In this document: in pieces, positions 9,578 to 18,849 of the stretch
How the letters are laid out: each line of letters opens with the position of its first letter
Numbering within the stretch: position 1 is the stretch's first letter
IMG/VR virus record: IMGVR_UViG_3300042397_002774
Coordinates: 1-64,000 of that record
Source: a virus
Length of the DNA: 64,000 nt
Direction: 5' to 3' (one strand)
Notes under the pieces: generated by a model
Told to the model about the DNA's origin: nothing
Databases searched by the model: none
What the model saw: only the letters and a program-made list of their open reading frames with translations
Position numbers and translations under genes: made by a program

Positions 9578-9976
9578 TTATTTTGCCATCCACTTTCCAC
9601 TACTAATCAATTCAAATTCATCTGTATTTCTATCTATGAACTGCCATGTTGCTGATTGTAGAGTAAAATATTCATCAATGTGTCTTAATACTTGATCAGG
9701 AGTAAATTCAGAGCAACTGTATAAATCGAATTGGAACATAGGTAATTCTAAAGCATCCCATACATGAATCGAAGCATGTGATGTTGCTAAAGTTACAGTA
9801 CCTGTTATTCCTTCATTTCCAGGTTCATTAACATATATTGAGGTAGGACCAGCAACAACCACCATTCCTACTTTACTTACTAATTCTCGAAGCCAGTCAT
9901 TTAATAATTCTTCTGATTTGGGTGGGTTAGTGATGTAACCTTTCACTAATAGGTGTAAATGGTTGGGTACAAACAT
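9578..9976 (-). CDS. speD: S-adenosylmethionine decarboxylase proenzyme
   Basis: GITGTVTLATSHASIHVW self-cleavage motif; DLYSC. Confidence 0.85.
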   Translation of the reverse strand: MFVPNHLHLLVKGYITNPPKSEELLNDWLRELVSKVGMVVVAGPTSIYVNEPGNEGITGTVTLATSHASIHVWDALELPMFQFDLYSCSEFTPDQVLRHIDEYFTLQSATWQFIDRNTDEFELISSGKWMAK

Positions 9977-9992
9977 TATTCTTGATTATTTT

Positions 9993-10613
9993 TTATTGAT
10001 GATCAGATGGTGGACAAATCATTTCTAATTCACTCCACTTAAATTTAGGTTTTTCATTTAAGAATACATAGCATTTCCATTTCTTTTGTGTTTCGAAATA
10101 GATATGTTTCTGAAGATGTGAGGGGATTGCTGCGTTTGTAGGTATTCTTTTTACAGGATTATCAAAATGAACTGTAATTAATACTGTTAAATTTTCAGCA
10201 TCATCCCACTTTCTTTCTTGTTCCTCTAATAATCTCCATTCACCTCTATTAAGGTATTGGTCTTGTAGGATACAATTTAGGTAGGAAAATGTTTGCTTTA
10301 AATTTTCTTGATTATCAGAAAATGTAGCAGCTGGTGCTCCATGTCCTTTATCGTAGATGTTTGCTTTATAGTCATCCGCGTCTGATGTTTTGATGTTTGG
10401 TTCCTTGTAGAAATCCATTGAACCCCTATTTACATTCGTGGGGCGGTTTGTTGATCTATATTTAATCTTGAGAGGTTGTTCTAAACTTTGAGAATAAAGA
10501 ACTTCAAATACATTATTTTTGATTATAATGTTTTGTGTAATTGGTATTATACCTTGACTATAAGATACAACAGCTACTAATGTTAATAGTAGGGATATTA
10601 GGCATTTTTTCAT
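9993..10613 (-). CDS. secreted DNA/RNA non-specific endonuclease (NucA/EndA family)
   Basis: signal peptide; YDKGHGAPAA, LNRGEWRLLE. Confidence 0.85.
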   Translation of the reverse strand: MKKCLISLLLTLVAVVSYSQGIIPITQNIIIKNNVFEVLYSQSLEQPLKIKYRSTNRPTNVNRGSMDFYKEPNIKTSDADDYKANIYDKGHGAPAATFSDNQENLKQTFSYLNCILQDQYLNRGEWRLLEEQERKWDDAENLTVLITVHFDNPVKRIPTNAAIPSHLQKHIYFETQKKWKCYVFLNEKPKFKWSELEMICPPSDHQ

Positions 10614-10754
10614 GCCTATAAATATATACGATTAGCCTATTTTATTACCCAATCAGTTAATAATGATACTATAATGGTAATAACCATGCAGATCAAAGCA
10701 AACACAACAAATGAATTACTATCTTCTACCTGATTGTCTCTTTTACCTTGATTT

Positions 10755-10952
10755 CTATTCACTTAAGTGTTCTTTAATCGATTCATAATACTCTTCACGT
10801 AAACGCCTAACGGCTGCCTCAGCACTAGCTACACCCGCCTTAAACATTTGTTCCTGATCCCCGTACCCACGCTCATTAATTGCTTTAAATACTGCTTCGA
10901 ATACTTCAAATCCAAATAAATTGTTACCTAGCGCTTGATACTTATCGCTCAT
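10755..10952 (-). CDS. hypothetical protein
   Basis: ORF in packed run. Confidence 0.55.
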   Translation of the reverse strand: MSDKYQALGNNLFGFEVFEAVFKAINERGYGDQEQMFKAGVASAEAAVRRLREEYYESIKEHLSE

Positions 10953-10953
10953 A

Positions 10954-11238
10954 TTAGAATCGTTTTGATAAATTAATAATATATTCTTCTTCTTCTTTAG
11001 TTAGCTTCCACCCATTTCCAAACAATTTATGTAGTGCTAAATTAAAATCATCTGTACTTTCATCTAATGTTCTTCGTTCTACATGGGCTGCTGCTTTTAC
11101 ATGACCATCATTTGTAATAACACATGATTGAGAAATATAATCATTATCTTGCATTGCTTTAAAGAATGCTTTTCTATCATAGGTTCCCATCCCCCAGATA
11201 ATATCTTCAATGTCTATATCAATACTAATTGAGTTCAT
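10954..11238 (-). CDS. hypothetical protein
   Basis: ORF in packed run. Confidence 0.6.
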   Translation of the reverse strand: MNSISIDIDIEDIIWGMGTYDRKAFFKAMQDNDYISQSCVITNDGHVKAAAHVERRTLDESTDDFNLALHKLFGNGWKLTKEEEEYIINLSKRF

Positions 11239-11244
11239 AATTTA

Positions 11245-11436
11245 TTAGTTAAAATTGAAAAATTTTTGTTTTTGATTTAATGGTCTTTGTACTACTACTC
11301 GTTCTTTTGGTTTACGGCCTCTAGACTTAACGATACGATCTTCATCTTGACCCCAATTTGTTTCTCGTACTTGTTTATAGAAGCGTTCACGAACATGTTT
11401 CATATATTCCTCATCTAATCCAAATTCGTTTTCCAT
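11245..11436 (-). CDS. hypothetical protein
   Basis: contains AT-hook-like RGRKPK. Confidence 0.55.
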   Translation of the reverse strand: MENEFGLDEEYMKHVRERFYKQVRETNWGQDEDRIVKSRGRKPKERVVVQRPLNQKQKFFNFN

Positions 11437-11452
11437 AACTGTTTATTTAAAT

Positions 11453-11518
11453 AGGAAAGGTTGCCTACTAACACCTCACACCCGAATTGTAGGCAGGTCG
11501 GGTCGCTTAACCTTTCCT
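11453..11518 (-). other. intergenic structured element (stem enclosing a pseudoknot)
   Basis: AGGAAAGGTT/AACCTTTCCT enclosing interleaved ACCCGA/TCGGGT and GCCTAC/GTAGGC. Confidence 0.5.
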
Positions 11519-11722
11519 TTAATTTATATAATCTAAGACAAGTTCTTCGCCCCAACACATTCTTTGTAATGTTTTAAATTTAAGTTCATTATCTAGTGGT
11601 TTTGCTTCTTTATAATCACTACACCACACTGATTTTCCACCATATGCTAACCCACAAAAATATTCTAATTGTGAATTCATTACAATAAATTCTTTACGCT
11701 TCTCTTTTTTCTTTCCTGTCAT
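11519..11722 (-). CDS. hypothetical protein
   Basis: ORF. Confidence 0.55.
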   Translation of the reverse strand: MTGKKKEKRKEFIVMNSQLEYFCGLAYGGKSVWCSDYKEAKPLDNELKFKTLQRMCWGEELVLDYIN

Positions 11723-11862
11723 CTTGAATTAGTTGGGGATTAGTTTCTAGTATATTTGCTATTGAATGTACGATCTCTTCTGGACCAAAAGTTGTTTTCC
11801 AATCAAAGTCTTCTGATACTTTATTTACCCACTCCATATAAAGTTTATACAATTCGTCTCTA

Positions 11863-12156
11863 TTAATCTTCATAAATACAATTACTAAATTTTAAACCCC
11901 ACATAAGTGATATCATTCCCATTTCTCTCTCAGCCCACTGTTTATTATACCTGAATCTCTTTTTCATTTCCCTAATCCCCCATTCTTTCCAGGTATCATT
12001 TTGCTCCACAGTCATTGTCCATTGAGCATACCAATCATCTTTTCTATCTTTAATATCATCAAATGTAACAGTATGTCCTGCAATCTCAAACATTTTATTG
12101 ATTACATCCACAATAAAGATATCTTTTTTTTCCTGAAGTGTTAATCTTTTAGCCAT
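11863..12156 (-). CDS. hypothetical protein
   Basis: ORF. Confidence 0.6.
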   Translation of the reverse strand: MAKRLTLQEKKDIFIVDVINKMFEIAGHTVTFDDIKDRKDDWYAQWTMTVEQNDTWKEWGIREMKKRFRYNKQWAEREMGMISLMWGLKFSNCIYED

Positions 12157-12752
12157 TTTGATTTGAGTATTTTAGTATAGTAATCTGTTGTTACTGGTTC
12201 TTCATTATATCTGCTTGAAGTCCATGTTTGTGGAGCTTCTTTTCTACATTGTTCTATTCTCTCTCTCTTTGATTTGGTTTTATCAGTAGCATACTCATAA
12301 TATAACCATGGTTCCCAATAGTGGGAATGATATGGACTGTAAAATGTTAATGCAATTTGATATCCGAAAAATACGAACGACAATACTGGATTCCACTCAT
12401 GTCTAAAATCCTCAGATGACCATTTTGTTTTCCACCCTAACCCACAGTAACTAAATCCGACTTTAAGAGGTACTGGGAAAGTATAGTTTAATTTTTCATG
12501 AAATAATTCTCCAATTGATTTTATTTTACGTGCATGTTCGGGATTAAGTTTGTTCCATTTTTCTTGTTGTTCAATCTCCTCACTAGCTGCTTTATATGCT
12601 AGTTCTGGTGTTGCTTTTACCCATTTACGAGGTAGGAAGTATGGAGTACCCACCTGTGTTTTACCAGCGTATAATTTAACTTTGAATGGTTTGAATGGAC
12701 TATTCAACGCCTTTAGCCATCTCAAATCGGCAAGAATGTATTTTAGTTTCAT
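12141..12752 (-). CDS. hypothetical protein
   Basis: 203-aa aromatic-rich ORF. Confidence 0.65.
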   Translation of the reverse strand: MKLKYILADLRWLKALNSPFKPFKVKLYAGKTQVGTPYFLPRKWVKATPELAYKAASEEIEQQEKWNKLNPEHARKIKSIGELFHEKLNYTFPVPLKVGFSYCGLGWKTKWSSEDFRHEWNPVLSFVFFGYQIALTFYSPYHSHYWEPWLYYEYATDKTKSKRERIEQCRKEAPQTWTSSRYNEEPVTTDYYTKILKSKWLKD

Positions 12753-12757
12753 AACCT

Positions 12758-13498
12758 TTATTTTAATTCTCCTAAAGATACGTCTCCATCTTTGACAATC
12801 AAATATTGTCTTGGTATTGTGTCTATAAAATAATAACGACCACCAGTGGATTTACCTTCAATATCGATTTGTCTTTGACCTGTATGGCCTACTACTTGTC
12901 TAATCTTAGTACGTAATGTATCGTAATTAGCTTTCATTAATGATTTAGGTCGAATCCAAATTGGACCTTGGAATGTTTCATCACCATAACCTCCAGTACC
13001 ATACACTTGATCTCCAATTTGTTTATATGAACGATATCCTATTTTAAGGGGTTGATACTTGAATAAATCATTTAAGTACATAGCTAGATTAGGTACATCC
13101 CACATTACAATACTATCATTTAACCATTCACTACTTACACCAGCATGAGTAACTAAGAAATCATCAAACTGATAAGCTAGTTGTAAATGGTCTCTGTTAA
13201 TATCAATAATATGTTGAATTGTAGGTGCCATTCTAACTTGGTAACCCGAACAGCCATTTTCCCCAATTTCAGGGAAATAATGATAATCATGATTACCAAT
13301 CAACAGTATAACTTCCTTATCAGTTGTAGTTTTAAATTCAATAATATCTTGAAAATTCTGGCATTGGGTTAGACCAGGAATATCAAATGAATCAAAATAA
13401 TCACCTACAAAGATGAATCTATCTGCGTCTTGTTCTTGATTAATAATTTGTTTCCATGCATCACGACCATGGATGTCTCCGATTATCACTGTTTTCAT
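12758..13498 (-). CDS. calcineurin-like metallophosphoesterase
   Basis: GDIHG, GDYFD, GNHD, THAG, GHT motifs. Confidence 0.9.
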   Translation of the reverse strand: MKTVIIGDIHGRDAWKQIINQEQDADRFIFVGDYFDSFDIPGLTQCQNFQDIIEFKTTTDKEVILLIGNHDYHYFPEIGENGCSGYQVRMAPTIQHIIDINRDHLQLAYQFDDFLVTHAGVSSEWLNDSIVMWDVPNLAMYLNDLFKYQPLKIGYRSYKQIGDQVYGTGGYGDETFQGPIWIRPKSLMKANYDTLRTKIRQVVGHTGQRQIDIEGKSTGGRYYFIDTIPRQYLIVKDGDVSLGELK

Positions 13499-13527
13499 AA
13501 CTTGAATTTAATAACCTATTTTTGCCA

Positions 13528-13752
13528 CTACCAAATCTTCCACCAAGGTTTCTTAGTTTCGGGTTGTGATTTTGCTATTTTAAAAGGACGATTGAAAAAT
13601 AAATTAGCATTACGTACAATGATTAATCTTTCAGATGTATCTAATTTACTTATGTCAATATTAATTTGAACGTACGTTTCAACACCATGTGCTGTAAATG
13701 TTGTTGTAACAACACAATATTCTTTTCCTTTAATATTAATTGTACGTGTCAT
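13528..13752 (-). CDS. hypothetical protein
   Basis: ends KKPWWKIW; ATATTTAT upstream. Confidence 0.55.
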   Translation of the reverse strand: MTRTINIKGKEYCVVTTTFTAHGVETYVQINIDISKLDTSERLIIVRNANLFFNRPFKIAKSQPETKKPWWKIW

Positions 13753-13773
13753 AGCATATATAAATATATGCTC

Positions 13774-14208
13774 CTATTGTTTTATAGAAACCATGTCACT
13801 TGAGTTGTATATTTTATCTCCCAATCCATCAACAATTTTTATTCCTAAAGAATCACAAATCATTTTTTCAGGAATCTCATTTGCAAATCTATCTCCCCCC
13901 TTTGTAAAAATAATTTCAGACTCGGGATCTAGAGATTTAATTTTATTATAAAGTAACTGAATTGTTTTACAAACACTACTATCTTGATCAATTGATATTT
14001 TTACATGATCAACATATCTGATAGATTCAATAACGGTTTTACGGTATTGTTCATTCTGGAATGAAGGTATCCCACGTTTTAGTTCTGCTTGTTTATCATT
14101 ATTTACTATAACCCACAATTCATCAACAATTTCTTTAGATAACATTAAACATTCAATATGGCCTGGATGGATTGGATTTCCATACATTGAGGTTATTCCG
14201 TGTTTCAT
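13774..14208 (-). CDS. cytidylyltransferase-like (HxGH) nucleotidyltransferase
   Basis: NPIHPGH, FTKGGDR, C-terminal NSS. Confidence 0.85.
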   Translation of the reverse strand: MKHGITSMYGNPIHPGHIECLMLSKEIVDELWVIVNNDKQAELKRGIPSFQNEQYRKTVIESIRYVDHVKISIDQDSSVCKTIQLLYNKIKSLDPESEIIFTKGGDRFANEIPEKMICDSLGIKIVDGLGDKIYNSSDMVSIKQ

Positions 14209-14225
14209 ATCTAACCAGAAATATT

Positions 14226-14486
14226 TTATTCAGTCTCGTGGTTCATAAAATTTACAAACTGAAGAGCGGCATTTGGATTTACTTGTTGTAAATGATCTAA
14301 AGTTAACTCATACCTATCAAGTTGTACATGATTTATAAAATTTTCATCACGTAAACTATCTACAGTGGATTGTAATGTTTTTACTTCAACCTTAAATTGA
14401 TTAATTCTTTCGTTCTGAAAGTAAATGGTTGTTAATAGTGCTAACAGTGAACATGCTGTTAGTATTGGGTTTATATACTGTTTCAT
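14226..14486 (-). CDS. membrane-anchored coiled-coil protein
   Basis: N-terminal hydrophobic helix plus heptads. Confidence 0.55.
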   Translation of the reverse strand: MKQYINPILTACSLLALLTTIYFQNERINQFKVEVKTLQSTVDSLRDENFINHVQLDRYELTLDHLQQVNPNAALQFVNFMNHETE

Positions 14487-14629
14487 AATACATTATCTTT
14501 ATCTTCTTCATCGAATAAATCACATCCTTTATAATCAGGATGGTTTTCTTTCATAAAATCAATTCCTACCATCCATCTCCAAGCTATCAAAGCGGATGCT
14601 AATACTATACTGATTATTGCTATTGCCAT
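14483..14629 (-). CDS. small membrane protein
   Basis: MAIAIISIVL... single TM. Confidence 0.55.
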   Translation of the reverse strand: MAIAIISIVLASALIAWRWMVGIDFMKENHPDYKGCDLFDEEDKDNVL

Positions 14630-14648
14630 TTTATTGTTGTTTATATAA

Positions 14649-15167
14649 TTAATCCCACCATCTTTCAATATTTTCTTCTAAAATACTGAATAGTAATTTT
14701 TTTGCTCTTAAATGATTTATATGACTCATATTAATAGCGATTCCATCCTTAGTGTCTTTTGAGAATGGAGGATTATCCATTTTGTTTACCGCTACCCAAA
14801 TACGAGGATATTTTATAAAATAATCATCAAAATTTTCAGATATTTCTTTCAAATCCAATTCATAATTACCTGGATGGGTTGGACTTGGAGTAGTTATGAA
14901 TTCTGTTTGATGATAATTACTATATTCATGTAAATAATATTGTGATTGTATTTTTTCAATTAAACGAGTACATAACATCATTATCTCAGCATCACGTTTA
15001 GCACTGACGTGTCTATTGTGATAACCAATGTATTTAGATTGATTCTTTAATTTGAATTTTAATATTTCCCAAATGTAATGATCATCCCAATCTTGATCTT
15101 TCCAAATAATTGGAAACCAACGAATTAGGTTACGGATACGTTTAAAAAAGCGTTTGATCTTATACAT
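14649..15167 (-). CDS. conserved phage hypothetical protein
   Basis: WFPIIWKDQDWD...ERWWD; promoter at 15172-15203. Confidence 0.7.
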   Translation of the reverse strand: MYKIKRFFKRIRNLIRWFPIIWKDQDWDDHYIWEILKFKLKNQSKYIGYHNRHVSAKRDAEIMMLCTRLIEKIQSQYYLHEYSNYHQTEFITTPSPTHPGNYELDLKEISENFDDYFIKYPRIWVAVNKMDNPPFSKDTKDGIAINMSHINHLRAKKLLFSILEENIERWWD

Positions 15168-15171
15168 GACA

Positions 15172-15203
15172 TAAATGTAAAGCAGAAATTTGGCCCAACC
15201 AAA
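15172..15203 (-). promoter_or_regulatory. sigma-A-type promoter overlapping a hairpin
   Basis: TTTG-N20-TACATTTA; -33 region forms one arm of an inverted repeat at about 15189-15220. Confidence 0.7.
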
Positions 15204-15225
15204 TTAATGGTGGGGCCAAAATAAC

Positions 15226-15396
15226 TTACTTAGTTACAGTTGTATCATTAGGTGCGATACATTCTGTTGAATCTGTTGATACTACTGTAGAATCTGTTGA
15301 TACTGCTGTAGAATCAGTTGTAGCTTCAGTTGAAGTACCATTACCACCACATGCCGTCAAAGCTGCGATTGCGAAAATTGCGATTACTTTTTTCAT
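15226..15396 (-). CDS. small lipoprotein with TDST repeats (56 aa, not in ORF track)
   Basis: MKKVIAIFAIAALTAC lipobox; TDSTAVSTDSTVVSTDSTE; promoter at 15430-15461. Confidence 0.8.
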   Translation of the reverse strand: MKKVIAIFAIAALTACGGNGTSTEATTDSTAVSTDSTVVSTDSTECIAPNDTTVTK

Positions 15397-15463
15397 TTGT
15401 TTGTTTTTATTTAATAAATTTATTTGATGTAAATATACGATTGAGGTTTTGACCGAACCAATC

Positions 15464-16864
15464 TTATAATTGAAGTCTTGAACCTACTAGAAAGAAACTT
15501 AATATTGGAGAGCCGGGTACCGTTGATACACTAGCTTTATAATCAATGTTAAATCCAAATCTTTTGCTCAATTTAAGACTATATCCTGTGCCCACCAAAC
15601 TCATTACATTATAATTCCAAGTACTTCCTAACTTACTGTTGTATGTGTATGGAGAGGCCATTAAGAACACTCCTGGAGATAAGGTTGATTTTCTGCTTAT
15701 TTGATATGGTTTAGTCCAAAATGCTGTAGCTGAGGACATCATTGAGTATGAGTAATTATTTTCTGCTAATTTCAGTTTAATATTAATAATAGATAAGTTA
15801 TATCCATACGTTCCATATTTTGGATGAGGCACAACGTGTGTAAACCCACCAAAAGTCATATGTGTACCTGCTACGTAAGCAACGGTATATGAATAGGCAT
15901 CTATTGATTTGAGTGCTCCGTTTTTAAAATTCATCGTGCTTTTATTCGCAGATAAAGCGAATGATTTAAAATCCATCCAAATCATACTTGACACACCCCA
16001 ACTAGATTCACCTGTAGTTGATGCTTGAGACATACTTAGCGACATAACAGGTGTAAACCCACCAGTGGGGTTTTGAGCTACAGTTAAATCAGAACCCAAC
16101 ATTATTGGATTCATTTTAACTTGTTTCTTTTCTTCTTTTTTATCCTCTTTTTTTTCTTCTTTAGATTCTTCCTTTTTTTCTTCTTTCTTTTCCTCTTTAG
16201 TTTCTGATTTACTTTCTTCTTTTTTCTCCTCTGATTTAGACTCAGACTTAGATTCAGATTTACTCTCTGACTTTGATTCGCTGCTTGAACTGCTGCTTTC
16301 GCTTTTCTTTTCTCCACCAGAATTTGATGAAGAGGAAGACCCAGAGGAAGATGACGATTGGGAGGATGAAGATGAGGATGAAGAGGATGATGATTGGGTA
16401 GACGTACCACTCGAGGTAGCTGCTCCTGAACTTGCTGCTGACGCTCCTGTAGATGCGGCTCCTGAAGCTGCTCCACTTGCTGCTCCTGAGGCTGCGTTTG
16501 ATGCTGCTGAACTTGCTGCTGATGATGCTGCTGAGCTTGCTGCTTGAGATGCTGCTTGTGATACTGTATTTTGTACTGTTTGTGTTACTACGGGTGCTGC
16601 TACGGGACATGCTAATGAATTATAGTAAGCATAAGTTGTCTGGAGCCATATTTGTAATTCCCCACTTGCCACTTGTGCTGGAGTAAATGATCTTACCTGT
16701 CCATAAAATGATACTATTGAGTTGCCATTTACTATGGTTGTAGTAGCAATTTTAACTTGACCTGAACATTTATCAATAAAGGTTTGAGTAAAGATCTGCC
16801 CACTTGCTGTTTCAGCAAATAGGCAAAAAGTGATTAATAATAAACTTACTAACCATTTTTTCAT
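15464..16864 (-). CDS. exported protein: N-terminal domain, S/A- and E/K-rich linker, probable outer-membrane beta-barrel
   Basis: signal peptide; low-complexity linker; amphipathic beta strands ending FFLVGSRLQL. Confidence 0.65.
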   Translation of the reverse strand: MKKWLVSLLLITFCLFAETASGQIFTQTFIDKCSGQVKIATTTIVNGNSIVSFYGQVRSFTPAQVASGELQIWLQTTYAYYNSLACPVAAPVVTQTVQNTVSQAASQAASSAASSAASSAASNAASGAASGAASGAASTGASAASSGAATSSGTSTQSSSSSSSSSSSQSSSSSGSSSSSNSGGEKKSESSSSSSESKSESKSESKSESKSEEKKEESKSETKEEKKEEKKEESKEEKKEDKKEEKKQVKMNPIMLGSDLTVAQNPTGGFTPVMSLSMSQASTTGESSWGVSSMIWMDFKSFALSANKSTMNFKNGALKSIDAYSYTVAYVAGTHMTFGGFTHVVPHPKYGTYGYNLSIINIKLKLAENNYSYSMMSSATAFWTKPYQISRKSTLSPGVFLMASPYTYNSKLGSTWNYNVMSLVGTGYSLKLSKRFGFNIDYKASVSTVPGSPILSFFLVGSRLQL

Positions 16865-17580
16865 TAGTTTGGAAATATTCCTTTTTTAACCATTCTATCT
16901 AAAATTCTAGCACAAGCAATATCTAATGCTTTCTTTGTTGCTATAGAAATAGTTGATTGATTGAATTTCATTTCATCCACAGTTGCATCAGACAAGAATG
17001 TTAATTCTCTAGTTGTAGTTGCTTCACCTAAACCAGATGCTGCAAACACAACACCAGTCTCAGCATTAGTAAATCGAACTTGTAAACCAATACGAGTTAC
17101 CATCATGTTTTTAACTCCATCTTTTAAATTAATAGTTTCATCTTCTGATACTGAGTAATCATAACATTCGATTGTAACGAAGTATTCAGCTAGATTAATT
17201 TTACCTCTACCATCTAATTTATTTTCAGAAATACCTGCTTGTGATGCTTGGAATTGCTTAACCATTCTGTTTTTAATTTCTGTTTTATCTTCAGTAAATT
17301 TAAAACGATTAAGATTTTCTAAATATTCCATAGAGATATTAGCTACACCTAAACCAACTCTTTTTTCTTTTAATTCAGGATACATCTCATACATTTCATC
17401 AGATATACCTGCCTTTAAGATTTGAATTGGGATTTGTTTACCTTCATAATCCATAAAACGAGAAATATCAATCGCAGTTTCGAATGATGCTTTATATTGT
17501 TCAGTTTTTGTTGAACCTACGTTTTGGGCACTCACATTTATAGTCAGCAACAAACCCAATAATATTAATAAATTTTTCAT
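16864..17580 (-). CDS. CsgG/HfaB-like exported protein
   Basis: signal peptide; NRFKFTE; IGLQVRFTNAETGVVFAASGLG strand-turn motif; C-terminal helix. Confidence 0.7.
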   Translation of the reverse strand: MKNLLILLGLLLTINVSAQNVGSTKTEQYKASFETAIDISRFMDYEGKQIPIQILKAGISDEMYEMYPELKEKRVGLGVANISMEYLENLNRFKFTEDKTEIKNRMVKQFQASQAGISENKLDGRGKINLAEYFVTIECYDYSVSEDETINLKDGVKNMMVTRIGLQVRFTNAETGVVFAASGLGEATTTRELTFLSDATVDEMKFNQSTISIATKKALDIACARILDRMVKKGIFPN

Positions 17581-17595
17581 ATGTAAATTAAGTTT

Positions 17596-17618
17596 AAAAA
17601 GGGAACCTAAGTTCCCTC
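17596..17618 (-). terminator. intrinsic terminator
   Basis: GGGAAC-TTAG-GTTCCC followed by TTTTT. Confidence 0.75.
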
Positions 17619-17622
17619 TTAG

Positions 17623-17871
17623 TTAAGCTTCGGTTCCGTCTTTCTTTTTATGAGAGAATTTATCGAATGTATCTGCACCCATTCCTATACCTGTAATAAT
17701 CATTACAGCATTTACTAATTCAGCAGATGGAGCAAAATCAGCATGTGAAAATGAGTTTAACATCATTGTGATACACAAAAACATAGCTCCTACAAATGCA
17801 ATAACTGGTTTTACTGAAGTCGATCCTCTTTCATCTTTGAATAGATCGATAACCCATTGTTTGAAATTCAT
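17623..17871 (-). CDS. two-TM membrane protein (holin-like)
   Basis: two hydrophobic helices, basic C-terminal tail. Confidence 0.6.
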   Translation of the reverse strand: MNFKQWVIDLFKDERGSTSVKPVIAFVGAMFLCITMMLNSFSHADFAPSAELVNAVMIITGIGMGADTFDKFSHKKKDGTEA

Positions 17872-17889
17872 ACTTTTAATTTTTAATTG

Positions 17890-18498
17890 TTAGTGAGATT
17901 CATCGTAAGCATCTTTTAATAAACCACACTTTTGACACTCTAATTCACCGTCGTTATCTGAGTCACCCCAAACGTGTTCACAGTATCTATGTGCTTTCAT
18001 TTCATGCTCTAATTTTAATTTAGCCATTTCTTGCTCATGTTCTTGAGCATCTTTAGCCATTGCTTGATCATGTTCTTGTTGATCAGCTGCTAATTCATGG
18101 TTTTGTTTATTTTCAACTACAGCTAAATCTCTAGCTGCTGCTGCACCTGCTACAAATGCATCTGGAATTAATGGAGTGAATGGTTTGTTGCTTTCTTTAA
18201 TGTCATTAACACTACCCATACTAACACCATCTTCCTCATCCATTTTCTGAACTAACATCTTGTCCTTATCTGTATCTGAGAACCAGTAGTCAATAATCTT
18301 ACCATAAGAACCAATAAATGCACCTAATAATAACATTAATAGTTCTTTCCATGCTGCTGCCATTGGTGTTTGTCCCACAACAGCAGCAAAAATACCTGCT
18401 ATTATTAAAATAAACCCACCTAATACCATTGCTGTGATGTACCATCTTCTGGACATCATTTTATTTAATAATTCTTTAAATCCTGTGTTTGGTTGCAT
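17890..18498 (-). CDS. two-TM membrane protein with His-rich repeats and C-terminal Cys/His motif
   Basis: 2 TMs; QEH repeats; CEHVWGDSDNDGELECQKC. Confidence 0.65.
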   Translation of the reverse strand: MQPNTGFKELLNKMMSRRWYITAMVLGGFILIIAGIFAAVVGQTPMAAAWKELLMLLLGAFIGSYGKIIDYWFSDTDKDKMLVQKMDEEDGVSMGSVNDIKESNKPFTPLIPDAFVAGAAAARDLAVVENKQNHELAADQQEHDQAMAKDAQEHEQEMAKLKLEHEMKAHRYCEHVWGDSDNDGELECQKCGLLKDAYDESH

Positions 18499-18517
18499 AT
18501 CTAATTTTGTTTATAAA

Positions 18518-18838
18518 TTACCACTTTGGTGCTTCTTCTTTGAACTCGTCACCTTCTTTTTTCTTAACTGGAGCTGCTGGTTTAGCTGCTGCTGGCTTTT
18601 CAACAACTCTTTCTTTAATTATAGTAGTTCCACCTGCAGATTGTTGTTGTTGATTTGAGTTAGTAATGTTGATTACTGGAGCAGGTGCTGCAGCAGGAGC
18701 TGCTTCTTTATCACCACCTGTTAATTGAGTTACACCCCAAGTTCCTAAACCCATAACTGCTGTTGTAGCAACACCAATAATAGTCTTTTTTAATCCAGAC
18801 CAAGTACCATCATTGTTTTGTTCTAATTCTTCTGACAT
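18518..18838 (-). CDS. membrane-anchored low-complexity protein
   Basis: single hydrophobic segment followed by A/P/Q-rich tail. Confidence 0.65.
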   Translation of the reverse strand: MSEELEQNNDGTWSGLKKTIIGVATTAVMGLGTWGVTQLTGGDKEAAPAAAPAPVINITNSNQQQQSAGGTTIIKERVVEKPAAAKPAAPVKKKEGDEFKEEAPKW

Positions 18839-18849
18839 TTTATTTAAAT

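Noticed and set aside
16111-16610. Alternative-frame ORFs inside the linker of the barrel gene
   Set aside because: Artefacts of repetitive Ser/Ala/Glu/Lys codons.
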